DNA of 34,838 bases, from positions 1 to 34,838 of IMG/VR virus record IMGVR_UViG_3300020045_004937. One strand, written 5' to 3'. The translations under genes were made by a program, and so were the position numbers. Source of the stretch: a virus (lineage: Duplodnaviria; Caudoviricetes). Shown here in pieces: positions 19,094-27,484 of this stretch (position 1 is its first letter; each line of letters opens with the position of its first letter). A model generated the notes under the pieces. That model was given only the letters and a program-made list of their open reading frames with translations, searched no databases and was not told the DNA's origin.

Positions 19094-19488
19094 CATTCGA
19101 CCAATTAGCCACAGTCTTTATAGCATGGGGTTATTACGTTAGACCTGAACACTATGAAGGGTTCATGACTTACACCGCCAATATGCTTAAGAAGAAACGT
19201 GTCATGCTCATCCGCTCTGAAAATGGATTAGACGCTATTATCTTCTTCTTTCTCACAAATGACTACTCCAAACTCTACAAGAAATCCCGCTGGGCTATCC
19301 CAGATGACGAGCCGGAAGGTTCCCAAGTTTACATAGACAAAATGATATGTAAGAGATGGACGCACCAGATTCGCCGTCAGGTGCAGGACTCTATTGAGTC
19401 TAATTTCCCTAACGTTATGGAGGGCTTCTACCACCGCGCCCCCTACGACAGATGTGTTAGAATTATGAGAAGGAGTGTGCATGCATGA
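19090..19488 (+). CDS. Putative GNAT/HlyC-like acyltransferase-fold protein
   Basis: ATGA-coupled start at 19090; W...DEPEGSQVYIDKMI resembles the HlyC-type G..LWIID strand; occupies the pre-ejection-gene slot often held by GNAT proteins in podoviruses. Confidence 0.4.
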   Translation: MTFDQLATVFIAWGYYVRPEHYEGFMTYTANMLKKKRVMLIRSENGLDAIIFFFLTNDYSKLYKKSRWAIPDDEPEGSQVYIDKMICKRWTHQIRRQVQDSIESNFPNVMEGFYHRAPYDRCVRIMRRSVHA

Positions 19489-19994
19489 AAAAGTATGAGA
19501 TACAGTTTCTTAACGATGATGAGTTTAATAGTCTGCCATTTAAGGCAGTAGAGCAGGCAATGGGTGTAGCCGACTCCCATAGCCAAACAGCTTATGTCCG
19601 CAAAACAGGCATAATGCCACTTGACCTTTACACAGCGGCTCACGAGCTTGAACATCTTGAAGACTCTGGCTGCTCAGACCATGAGTATTTTGGAGATGGA
19701 AGACACTACTTCTTAAAGGCCGCTTTTCCAGCTATTCTTGGGGCGGTTGGCAGCTCCCTTGTTGGTGCTGGGATGAACAAGCTATTAGCACCCAAGCCTC
19801 AACAGCAACAAGCCCAGCCTCAAGTTATGCCTACTCAGTCCGCAGCCCTTAACCAATTCGGAGGTTCTAAACCAAATATCATAGCTCCACAAGCAGCCTC
19901 TATGGGTGGCGGCAACGGGATGGTAAGCCAAAATACACCTGTCAATGAACTTCTCAAAAAGAACAAAGGCAACTACTCAGGAGGGATGATGTAA
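19485..19994 (+). CDS. HExxH-domain putative ejection protein 1
   Basis: N-terminal domain with YTAAHELEH, followed by an amphipathic A/G-rich helix and a Q/P/G/M tail. Confidence 0.7.
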   Translation: MKKYEIQFLNDDEFNSLPFKAVEQAMGVADSHSQTAYVRKTGIMPLDLYTAAHELEHLEDSGCSDHEYFGDGRHYFLKAAFPAILGAVGSSLVGAGMNKLLAPKPQQQQAQPQVMPTQSAALNQFGGSKPNIIAPQAASMGGGNGMVSQNTPVNELLKKNKGNYSGGMM

Positions 19995-20443
19995 TGAAAT
20001 ACAAACTAGAGTTCTTAGACGACCAGGCGTTTGACAGTCTCCCATACAAAGATGTCCACACCTCTCTTGGGTTGGCTGATTCCAACACTCGAACGGCTTA
20101 TGTGCGTAGGACAGGTATCAACGCCATTGACCTATTTACCGCTGCTCATGAACTTGAACACTTGGAAGAAGGCCGACATGGGGCAGATTCACACCATGAG
20201 AAGTATGCTGATGGGGTTTACTACAAAGACTTGATGGAAGTCTTCACGGGTCCAAAACAGCAACCTCAACAGCAACAAGCTCCTAGCATTCAACCATCTA
20301 TGTCTCCAATGTCTCAGAGTCCTAACGTGGTAGCGGGCGGAGGTGGTATGGGCGGTCAAGTAAGTGGAGGTCTCCCAGGCGGCGATACCATCCAGAAACT
20401 AAAAGGCTTCTTCTCTGGGCGGTCTCCTCAAGGAGGGATGTAA
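19994..20443 (+). CDS. HExxH-domain putative ejection protein 2
   Basis: Paralogous N-terminal domain FTAAHELEH; Q/G/M tail; TAATG coupling. Confidence 0.7.
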   Translation: MKYKLEFLDDQAFDSLPYKDVHTSLGLADSNTRTAYVRRTGINAIDLFTAAHELEHLEEGRHGADSHHEKYADGVYYKDLMEVFTGPKQQPQQQQAPSIQPSMSPMSQSPNVVAGGGGMGGQVSGGLPGGDTIQKLKGFFSGRSPQGGM

Positions 20444-21741
20444 TGAGATACGAGCTAACCTTCTTAGATGATAAGGAGTTTGAGTCACTACCTTATCTCG
20501 ACACCCAGACTTCTTTAGGGCTTGCCGACACCAAGAAAGGTAAAGCTTATGTCCGGCGCACAGGAGTCAAGGCCGTAGATGTATTCACGGCCATGCACGA
20601 GCTTGAGCACTTAGAAGGTGACAAGCTAGGTGAGCATGACCGCTATGGTAATGGGGTCTATTACAAAGACTTTGGATCAGCTTTGTCTGGTGCTGCAAAC
20701 TCTGCTATGGGTGGTCTTGGTTCAGCAGCTAATCTTATAGGCTCTAGTATTGGAGGAGCCGCAAAGAGCATAGGTGGGGCTGCTAATTCAGTAGGAAGTT
20801 TTATATCTAATCCACTTCAAGCTTTCCAACCAGGAAAGGCTCCTGTGTCTAGTATGGCAAATGCAGTAGCTTCTGGCAGCCAGACTCCTGGGAGTTCTTC
20901 AAGTATTTATCCTGGAGTAATGGGTTTAAGCGGAGCCTTGAATGCAACTCAACCTAATTTGTCAGGGCCATTTAGTTCAAAGCTAGGAGCTTCTGGTCTT
21001 CTCTCTTCCCCACAAATTAAATTGCCAAGTTCATCAACTTCAATGTCTCTTACACCATCAGCCTCTACTCAGACTGCCCAACCACAGGCACCTCAAGGCC
21101 AAGGCGGTCTAGGTGGTATGCTTGGTGGTGTAGGAATGGACTTACTTAAACAAGCTGGAGGTGGTTTGCTCTCTAAGTTTGTAGGTAGTTCAGGACCCCA
21201 AGGTGGTGGAGCAAGACTTCCTGATATGAGTGGTCTTGAATCAGTCCAAGCATTCAAGAACTACGACCTACGTGGTCAAATGAACCAACTTGACCCAGGA
21301 CTTGAATCTGCCATCAACCGTGACTTCGACCAGATGGACCAACAGGAGCAACATGACTTCCAGTCTCGTTGGAAGAACATCCGTCCTGGAGCTGACATCG
21401 AATCCGACTCAGTATACAAGCGTGACTATCAGAACCTCCTAGCCGAGCAACAGCAACGCCGTGCGGACGCTATGTCTAAATACCGCTTCGACTATGTTAA
21501 GACTCAGCTTGGTATCAACGAGCTAGAAGCCCAAAGGCTCCAGACTCTTGCACAGCTTGATGTTCAAACCATAGCAATTAATACAGGTCTTGAACAAGAG
21601 GAAGCCATGCAACTTAAGCAGATGTTCTCTGGAGAAACACAAGCCCAACCTCAAGGAGGTGGGATACTTGATACCCTTCTTAGACCTGCAGTTCAGACAG
21701 CAGGTCAGAGGATAGGTGGCTATGTTGGAAATATGTTTTAG
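20443..21741 (+). CDS. HExxH-domain putative ejection/DNA pilot protein 3
   Basis: Paralogous N-terminal domain FTAMHELEH; long G/S/A-rich region, then a Q-rich helical region. Confidence 0.7.
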   Translation: MRYELTFLDDKEFESLPYLDTQTSLGLADTKKGKAYVRRTGVKAVDVFTAMHELEHLEGDKLGEHDRYGNGVYYKDFGSALSGAANSAMGGLGSAANLIGSSIGGAAKSIGGAANSVGSFISNPLQAFQPGKAPVSSMANAVASGSQTPGSSSSIYPGVMGLSGALNATQPNLSGPFSSKLGASGLLSSPQIKLPSSSTSMSLTPSASTQTAQPQAPQGQGGLGGMLGGVGMDLLKQAGGGLLSKFVGSSGPQGGGARLPDMSGLESVQAFKNYDLRGQMNQLDPGLESAINRDFDQMDQQEQHDFQSRWKNIRPGADIESDSVYKRDYQNLLAEQQQRRADAMSKYRFDYVKTQLGINELEAQRLQTLAQLDVQTIAINTGLEQEEAMQLKQMFSGETQAQPQGGGILDTLLRPAVQTAGQRIGGYVGNMF

Positions 21742-21749
21742 GAGGAGAT

Positions 21750-22586
21750 ATGGCATTTAATCAATTTGATGTAGCAACTGGATTTAAGACAGGCCGTGAT
21801 GCGGCTAAGAGTTCCGGCATCTTAGATGCTTTTGAATCAGATAGGAAATATAGGGATGAACTTAGAACTTATGAAAGCAAGAAGAAGATTGATGCCCAGT
21901 ATGACCCTAAGGGGAAAGGAACAAAGGGAGTTTATTCTTACAATCCATTTACTAAGAAAGTCCAACAGGAAGGTGAAATTCCAGATAATGCTGTATTAAG
22001 AAATACACTCACTGAAGAAGATATCGCTGCAAAGTATGGGTTAAGGAATCAATTTGAAAGTCCTACACAAACAGAGGTTCAAAGTAAAATTAATGCAGAA
22101 GAACTTGTCGGTAAATCGAGAGAGCTCCAGAGAATTCTTTCGACAGATAAAGATTACTTTGGTGGAATAGGGTCTACTAAGCTTAAAGCAAAAGTTCCTT
22201 TTAATGCTTTTGATGAGAAAGCTCAAAGATATGAATTTGTTAGAAAAGATATGGTTGATAGAATTGCTAGGCTTCGTAGTGGTGCTTCAATAAACGAAGA
22301 AGAAATGAAGAGGTTGCAACAGCTTCTTCCTGTGACAGGGAGATTCGATAGAGTAGATATCCAAAATCTTCAAGACTTTGAAAGAGAATTTTCTACTTTG
22401 GCTCATAGAATTAATAATGGTGTCAAATGGGATGAAGCAAGCCAGAGTTTTGTATCCCCAATTAACCAGAACCCATTTCAGCAAGGTTCTGAAATAGAAC
22501 AATCAGCTTCTTCTGGCCAACCTCCAGTTGCAGATGACTGGAAATCTAGGGAAGAAACACTTCGTAAAAGATATTCGGGACTCTAA
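21750..22586 (+). CDS. Putative internal virion/ejection protein
   Basis: AGGAGG SD; helical, with RLRSGASINEEE motif; position; AT-richer than its neighbours. Confidence 0.55.
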   Translation: MAFNQFDVATGFKTGRDAAKSSGILDAFESDRKYRDELRTYESKKKIDAQYDPKGKGTKGVYSYNPFTKKVQQEGEIPDNAVLRNTLTEEDIAAKYGLRNQFESPTQTEVQSKINAEELVGKSRELQRILSTDKDYFGGIGSTKLKAKVPFNAFDEKAQRYEFVRKDMVDRIARLRSGASINEEEMKRLQQLLPVTGRFDRVDIQNLQDFEREFSTLAHRINNGVKWDEASQSFVSPINQNPFQQGSEIEQSASSGQPPVADDWKSREETLRKRYSGL

Positions 22587-23707
22587 TGGCTAGAATAGAT
22601 GACATTCTAAATGACCCAGACTTCAGGGCTCTTCCACCAGAAAGACAAGATGCTTTCATTGATGAGATGAGGCAGAAAGACTTCGGAAAAATCCCCCCCT
22701 CCGAAAATGTCCTCCAGAGAGCGGTAAATATTGGAGGCAAGACAGCCATGTCTACTTTAGGCCAGATGATTCCTGGACAAGACGTGCCTCTCCCATTTTT
22801 CACTAAAGCAGCTACAGGTATTGATACTCATGCTCTCCCAACCATGACTTCTGAAGCAAGACAAATGAAAGAGAAGGGTATTGAAGGACTTACTTCTGGA
22901 ATTAAAAATCCTTTTCTTAGGTTTGGAGCTTCTGTAGGACTAGACCCAGAAACTTATATTGGTGGAGGTGGTGCAGCAAAACAGAGGATTCCCCAAGAAG
23001 TTGGAGAAGCCACATCAAAAGGTTTATCATCAGTAATTAAGAAAGTTTCGTCTCTTCCAAAAACAAGCTTTTTCAAAAACCCAGAAAAAGGAAAGAAAAT
23101 AGCTGAAGAAGCAAATGCTGCAACTGATAAAGTATTTAAATCATTCGATAAAGAATACGATTCAGTTCTAAACAATTCTCCAGAAGTTAAACTTCCAGAA
23201 ACAGAAGTTTCTAAAGTTCAAGACAGGATTTTAGAACAGGCACAAGGACTTGAAGAAGGCTCTCCAGCCTACAGAGAAATAATGAAATTTGGAGAGAGCC
23301 TTTCAAACATGACTGGAAAACAATTACATAATGCAAAACAAGCTCTATTCAAAGCTTCTAAAAGATTAACAGGTGCAGATCGATATGCTATGAGAGAAAC
23401 TTATCATGCAGCCTCCGATGCTCTTAGTTCACCTGATGTTTATGGAGATGCCTATAAAGCAGTCTCTGGTAAATTTAGAAATTTTATTCAGGATGAGTTT
23501 CAGTATGTTGAAGATAATATTATAGACAAGTTTAATAAGCCTACTGAGCAATATCTTACTCAGAAAACTCCTCTCACTTTAAATGAAGAAGAAGCATTTA
23601 GAAAACTTGGAGCTAGAGAACAAAATCCTTTCGTGGAAAGAATACAAGGAATTAAAAGAGGGGAAAAGTATAAAAAAGGTATTCCTGTTGTTGGAAGGTT
23701 TTTATAA
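22586..23707 (+). CDS. Putative internal virion/ejection protein
   Basis: ILNDPDFRALPPERQ N-terminus and LDPETYIGGG motif typical of podovirus internal proteins; last gene of the virion operon. Confidence 0.55.
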   Translation: MARIDDILNDPDFRALPPERQDAFIDEMRQKDFGKIPPSENVLQRAVNIGGKTAMSTLGQMIPGQDVPLPFFTKAATGIDTHALPTMTSEARQMKEKGIEGLTSGIKNPFLRFGASVGLDPETYIGGGGAAKQRIPQEVGEATSKGLSSVIKKVSSLPKTSFFKNPEKGKKIAEEANAATDKVFKSFDKEYDSVLNNSPEVKLPETEVSKVQDRILEQAQGLEEGSPAYREIMKFGESLSNMTGKQLHNAKQALFKASKRLTGADRYAMRETYHAASDALSSPDVYGDAYKAVSGKFRNFIQDEFQYVEDNIIDKFNKPTEQYLTQKTPLTLNEEEAFRKLGAREQNPFVERIQGIKRGEKYKKGIPVVGRFL

Positions 23708-23710
23708 TAT

Positions 23711-23745
23711 GTCTTGACAAGTCAAGTCTAATATGTTAGATAGGT
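23711..23745 (+). promoter_or_regulatory. Sigma70-like promoter with overlapping palindrome
   Basis: TTGACA at 23714-23719, 17 nt spacer, TG-n-TAGATA (weak -10); perfect CTTGAC-aa-GTCAAG inverted repeat at 23713-23726. Confidence 0.6.
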
Positions 23746-23751
23746 ATTCCG

Positions 23752-25512
23752 ATGGACAACCTCCTCTCGCTCATCGGCCCGTTCCTCCCTCAACTCTATC
23801 TTAGTATTACAGTCTGGATTACTTACGGCTACATCGTCTGGCGTGGAGGCTTTGTCTCTGATGACCTAATGGGCATAGCCGAGTACGACGGTAAGCTCCA
23901 AGGCTTCGAGTACGGCATGATATCCCGCTGGGTTCGCTACCACATAGCCGGAGGGCACTTTCCATCAGGCCAACACTTCCTTAATCCTGACGGCTCCAAA
24001 GGAGCTACTATCCCCCAAGGTAAGATACCCCTACGTCACCACCTTCTATCAGTCCTAGTCCTTAACCTAGCCGTAGTATTCCTCTACCCATTCCTCTCGG
24101 TTATAGCTGGAGAGAAGGTTGCCTTCTTATCTCTAATCCTCTTCACAGTCCACCCTGTCCTAACCCAAGCAGTAGCGTGGTGCTCAGGGCTGGGCTACCC
24201 ACTATGCCTCATGTGGATGGCTCTATCATTCAACCTAGTGCTCCACTATCAGTCCATCCAAGCTCCCTCAATAGAACAAACAGTTCTCTGGTCTGGCCTA
24301 TTCCTTATTCTCCAATTCCTAGCCATCAATGCCCTCTTTGTCGGACTCATGGCGTTTCCAATCCTTCTCTTCATAGGAGCCCCATACTTCGCCATTCTCT
24401 CTGTCATAGTCTCCATAGTTTTAGGACTTCAAATTGTTAGAGACACCATCAAGTACCGCAAGAAAGCCTTTGAAGAACAGGCTATGGGCAAGTCAACATT
24501 TGTGAAGCCTCGTAAGCTGATTGTGGCTCTAAAGACCCTAGCCTACTATATCTACCTTATTATCTTCCCCTCCCGCATGGGTCTCTACCACGAATGGGGC
24601 TACCACTATGACGATAAGGCAGAGCGTGAGGATTGGAGACTCATTGTTGGAATAGCCATAGCCTCTGGAATGGCTTATATCTTCTTTGGCCCTTTCAGCC
24701 CCACCCTCAAGTTCTCAGTCCTATGGTTTAGCTCATTCCTCTTTATCTTCTTAAACTGGATAACCATTCAACAGTTTGTGACGGAACGATACGTCATGAT
24801 ACCAGTCCTGGGTTTCTGCGTAGCAGTCTGCTACTTCCTCCAAGACTACCCTGTAATCTATGCCCTCGTCATTGGTCTCTTTCTCATGCGGACTTGGACA
24901 CATCTCCCTACCTACCGCAACGAGCTAACCTTCTACCTCTCAAACGTCTGGAACTTTGGGCGTTCAGAAGTTGCTCATGGGAACCTCGGTGTTACCTACC
25001 TCCGCATAGGTCAGATAGGAAAAGCCCTAGATACTTGGCATGAGGCTATCCGCATCAACCCAGAGTACGATGTTCCCTATTACAACATCTTCTCCCATTA
25101 CCGTGGCAACGCCATGATGAAGCTTCAACACGGGGAATACCAAGAAGCTATGAGCCTCTTGAACCAAGGACTCCCCTATATCCAGAAGTGTGTCTCATGC
25201 AAGATATGCCACATGAAGGAACTCTGGACTAAGGAATACAATGAAATCAAGTCATGGGTCGAGAACCCGATGAACCTAATCCTGCAGGAAGAAAAACGCC
25301 AGATTGACCTCCAAACCAAGCTTATGAAAGAACACAATGAATCACAAGACCCGAAACGCCGTCATGACATCAACCTGTCCCTCGTTGACATAGCCAACCG
25401 TCTGAAGCACATCGGAGAAATAAAATCGCAAAACCAAAAGTCCTCATCACAGGTGGCGATGGCTTCATCGGCTCCCACCTTGCCAAACTCTTCCCCGACG
25501 CCGATATCCTAG
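23752..25512 (+). CDS. TMTC-like GT-C membrane glycosyltransferase with C-terminal TPR
   Basis: About 10 TM helices; FVSDD after TM1, LFTVHPVLTQAVAW, TERYVMIP, RNELTF; TPR AHGNLGVTY...AIRINPEY. Confidence 0.8.
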   Translation: MDNLLSLIGPFLPQLYLSITVWITYGYIVWRGGFVSDDLMGIAEYDGKLQGFEYGMISRWVRYHIAGGHFPSGQHFLNPDGSKGATIPQGKIPLRHHLLSVLVLNLAVVFLYPFLSVIAGEKVAFLSLILFTVHPVLTQAVAWCSGLGYPLCLMWMALSFNLVLHYQSIQAPSIEQTVLWSGLFLILQFLAINALFVGLMAFPILLFIGAPYFAILSVIVSIVLGLQIVRDTIKYRKKAFEEQAMGKSTFVKPRKLIVALKTLAYYIYLIIFPSRMGLYHEWGYHYDDKAEREDWRLIVGIAIASGMAYIFFGPFSPTLKFSVLWFSSFLFIFLNWITIQQFVTERYVMIPVLGFCVAVCYFLQDYPVIYALVIGLFLMRTWTHLPTYRNELTFYLSNVWNFGRSEVAHGNLGVTYLRIGQIGKALDTWHEAIRINPEYDVPYYNIFSHYRGNAMMKLQHGEYQEAMSLLNQGLPYIQKCVSCKICHMKELWTKEYNEIKSWVENPMNLILQEEKRQIDLQTKLMKEHNESQDPKRRHDINLSLVDIANRLKHIGEIKSQNQKSSSQVAMASSAPTLPNSSPTPIS

Positions 25513-26198
25513 ATTTAAAGAATGGTGATGATATCAGGGAGTCACTTCCTGATAGAGATTACACCCACATCTTCCACCTAGCCGCCAAACGATCTATTCC
25601 TCTCGGCGAGAAGTCTCCAAGAGAGTTCATTGATACAAACTGCTTTGGCACATGGAACTTGCTTAAGAAATACCCAGACTCCCGAATCATCTTCGCTTCC
25701 TCTAGCTCTGTCAACAAGCCCCAGAGCATCTACGCCTTCACTAAGAAATGGGGCGAGGACATAGGAGCCTTTCACAAGAACTGGGTCAATGTACGCTTCT
25801 ACAATGTCTTTGGAGAGAATCAACCAGAGGACTCAGGGGCTCTTGTTCCACACCTTATCATGTCTAAAATTAGGGGCGAGCAACCTACAATCTTTGGGAA
25901 CGGCCAACAGATGAGAGACTTCACCTATGTAGGGGATATAGTCGAGTGGCTTAACGAACTAGCCTTTAGACGTATCAGCGGTCTAGTCCACTTGGGCTAC
26001 GCTTTCCCTTGCTCGGTAAACGACATGGGACGCATGGTGTTTGGACAAGACTATGACCCTCATTACTACCCCAGACGTTCATTCGACATTGAACACAACG
26101 AAGCCCCTTCTTCTGACTTTCCACCTGTCTATGGGCGTAGAGAAGGTATGCAGAAAACAATAGAGTGGTATGAGAATACTTACACCCGAAACAGTTAA
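25425..26198 (+). CDS. NAD-dependent epimerase/dehydratase (extended SDR), probable ATC start
   Basis: In-frame KVLITGGDGFIGSHL and IFHLAA lie upstream of the track start; also FASSS, YAFTK, RFYNVFG and RDFTYV. Confidence 0.88.
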   Translation: MAKPKVLITGGDGFIGSHLAKLFPDADILDLKNGDDIRESLPDRDYTHIFHLAAKRSIPLGEKSPREFIDTNCFGTWNLLKKYPDSRIIFASSSSVNKPQSIYAFTKKWGEDIGAFHKNWVNVRFYNVFGENQPEDSGALVPHLIMSKIRGEQPTIFGNGQQMRDFTYVGDIVEWLNELAFRRISGLVHLGYAFPCSVNDMGRMVFGQDYDPHYYPRRSFDIEHNEAPSSDFPPVYGRREGMQKTIEWYENTYTRNS

Positions 26199-26520
26199 TA
26201 AGAACAACAAGAGAACGCTTACTCAGTTATTCACGGCTGATATTAAGCAGGTCAATACATACTCAGTCACTCGTGGGGCTATACTAGGCAACCACTACCA
26301 TAAGGAAACATACGAATACTTCTATATCACTAAAGGCAGTTTCTTAATGCAGTCAAAGGACAAGCAAGGAGTTTTGATAGAGAAGGTAATAGGCCCAGGC
26401 TCACTCTTTGTCATCGAGCCATACACTGTCCACACAATAGAATCTCTATCAAAGGATGGCCAATTCATGACATTCTTAACCAAAGAGTTTAAACAGGAGA
26501 GCCCAGATATTTATGTCTAA
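26170..26520 (+). CDS. Cupin, FdtA/WxcM-like sugar 3,4-ketoisomerase
   Basis: GNHYHKETYEYF and PYTVH cupin motifs; located within the NDP-sugar cluster. Confidence 0.7.
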   Translation: MRILTPETVNKNNKRTLTQLFTADIKQVNTYSVTRGAILGNHYHKETYEYFYITKGSFLMQSKDKQGVLIEKVIGPGSLFVIEPYTVHTIESLSKDGQFMTFLTKEFKQESPDIYV

Positions 26521-27484
26521 GAAAGCACTTGTGACTGGCTACACAGGCCAGGACGGAAGTTACATGGCTGACCTGCTTATTTCAAAAGGTTATGAAGTCT
26601 ACGGCCTAGTACGCCGTTCAGCATCCCCAAACCATTGGCGCATTAAACATCTCGAAGGAAAGGTTAATATAGTCTATGGTGATCTAAACGACCAATCCTC
26701 TCTCGACAACGCAATACGAACTATCCACCCAGATGAGGTCTATAATCTTGGCGCACAGTCCTTTGTTCAATACTCTTTCCAAGCTCCCCTTGCAACGATT
26801 GAAGCAAGTGGAGTCGGCGTTATCAAACTATTGGAGGCGGTTAAAAACAACCACAAGGAAGCCCGCATATTCCAAGCGTCCACGTCCGAAATGTTTGGAA
26901 AAGTAAGGGAGACTCCTCAGAAAGAAACCACTCACTTCTACCCACGCTCACCGTATGGCTGTGCAAAGGCTATGGCTCATTACGCCTGTGTCAACTACCG
27001 TGAAGCTTACGGTATGCACATCTCATGCGGCATTATGTTCAACCACGAGTCCCCTCGTAGAGGAGAAGAATTTGTCACACGAAAAATCACCAAAGGTATC
27101 GCAGAATTCAAAAAAAGCGGTAAAAAGCTTTCTCTTGGCAACCTCAACGCTTCAAGAGATTGGGGCCATGCCGCTTCTTACATGCTTGGGGCCTGGCTTA
27201 TGCTCCAGCAGGATAAACCAGATGACTACGTTCTATCCACTGGTGAAACTCACACTGTCAAAGAGTGGCTTGAAGCCACCTGTGAAGTTGCGGGGGTGGA
27301 TTTCTGGGAGGTCTATACCCAAAATCCAGCGTTCGAGCGTCAAGCTGAAGTAGATTACTTGAAGGGTGACTCAACCAAAGCAAGGAAAGTCTTAGGCTGG
27401 AATTCTGGCCCAAGCTTTAAAGAAATCGTTGAGGAGATGGTGAAGGCTGATGAAGCTCTCATTGGTAATCCCAGCCAAGTCTAA
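26513..27484 (+). CDS. gmd: GDP-mannose 4,6-dehydratase
   Basis: KALVTGYTGQDGSY, YNLGAQS, QASTSE, YPRSPYG..K, FNHESPRRG and RDWGHA motifs. Confidence 0.95.
   Translation: MSKKALVTGYTGQDGSYMADLLISKGYEVYGLVRRSASPNHWRIKHLEGKVNIVYGDLNDQSSLDNAIRTIHPDEVYNLGAQSFVQYSFQAPLATIEASGVGVIKLLEAVKNNHKEARIFQASTSEMFGKVRETPQKETTHFYPRSPYGCAKAMAHYACVNYREAYGMHISCGIMFNHESPRRGEEFVTRKITKGIAEFKKSGKKLSLGNLNASRDWGHAASYMLGAWLMLQQDKPDDYVLSTGETHTVKEWLEATCEVAGVDFWEVYTQNPAFERQAEVDYLKGDSTKARKVLGWNSGPSFKEIVEEMVKADEALIGNPSQV

Noticed and set aside
25386-25659. Epimerase pseudogene or frameshift
   Set aside because: The frame is intact from the Rossmann motif to the stop; an SD-supported ATC start explains it more simply.
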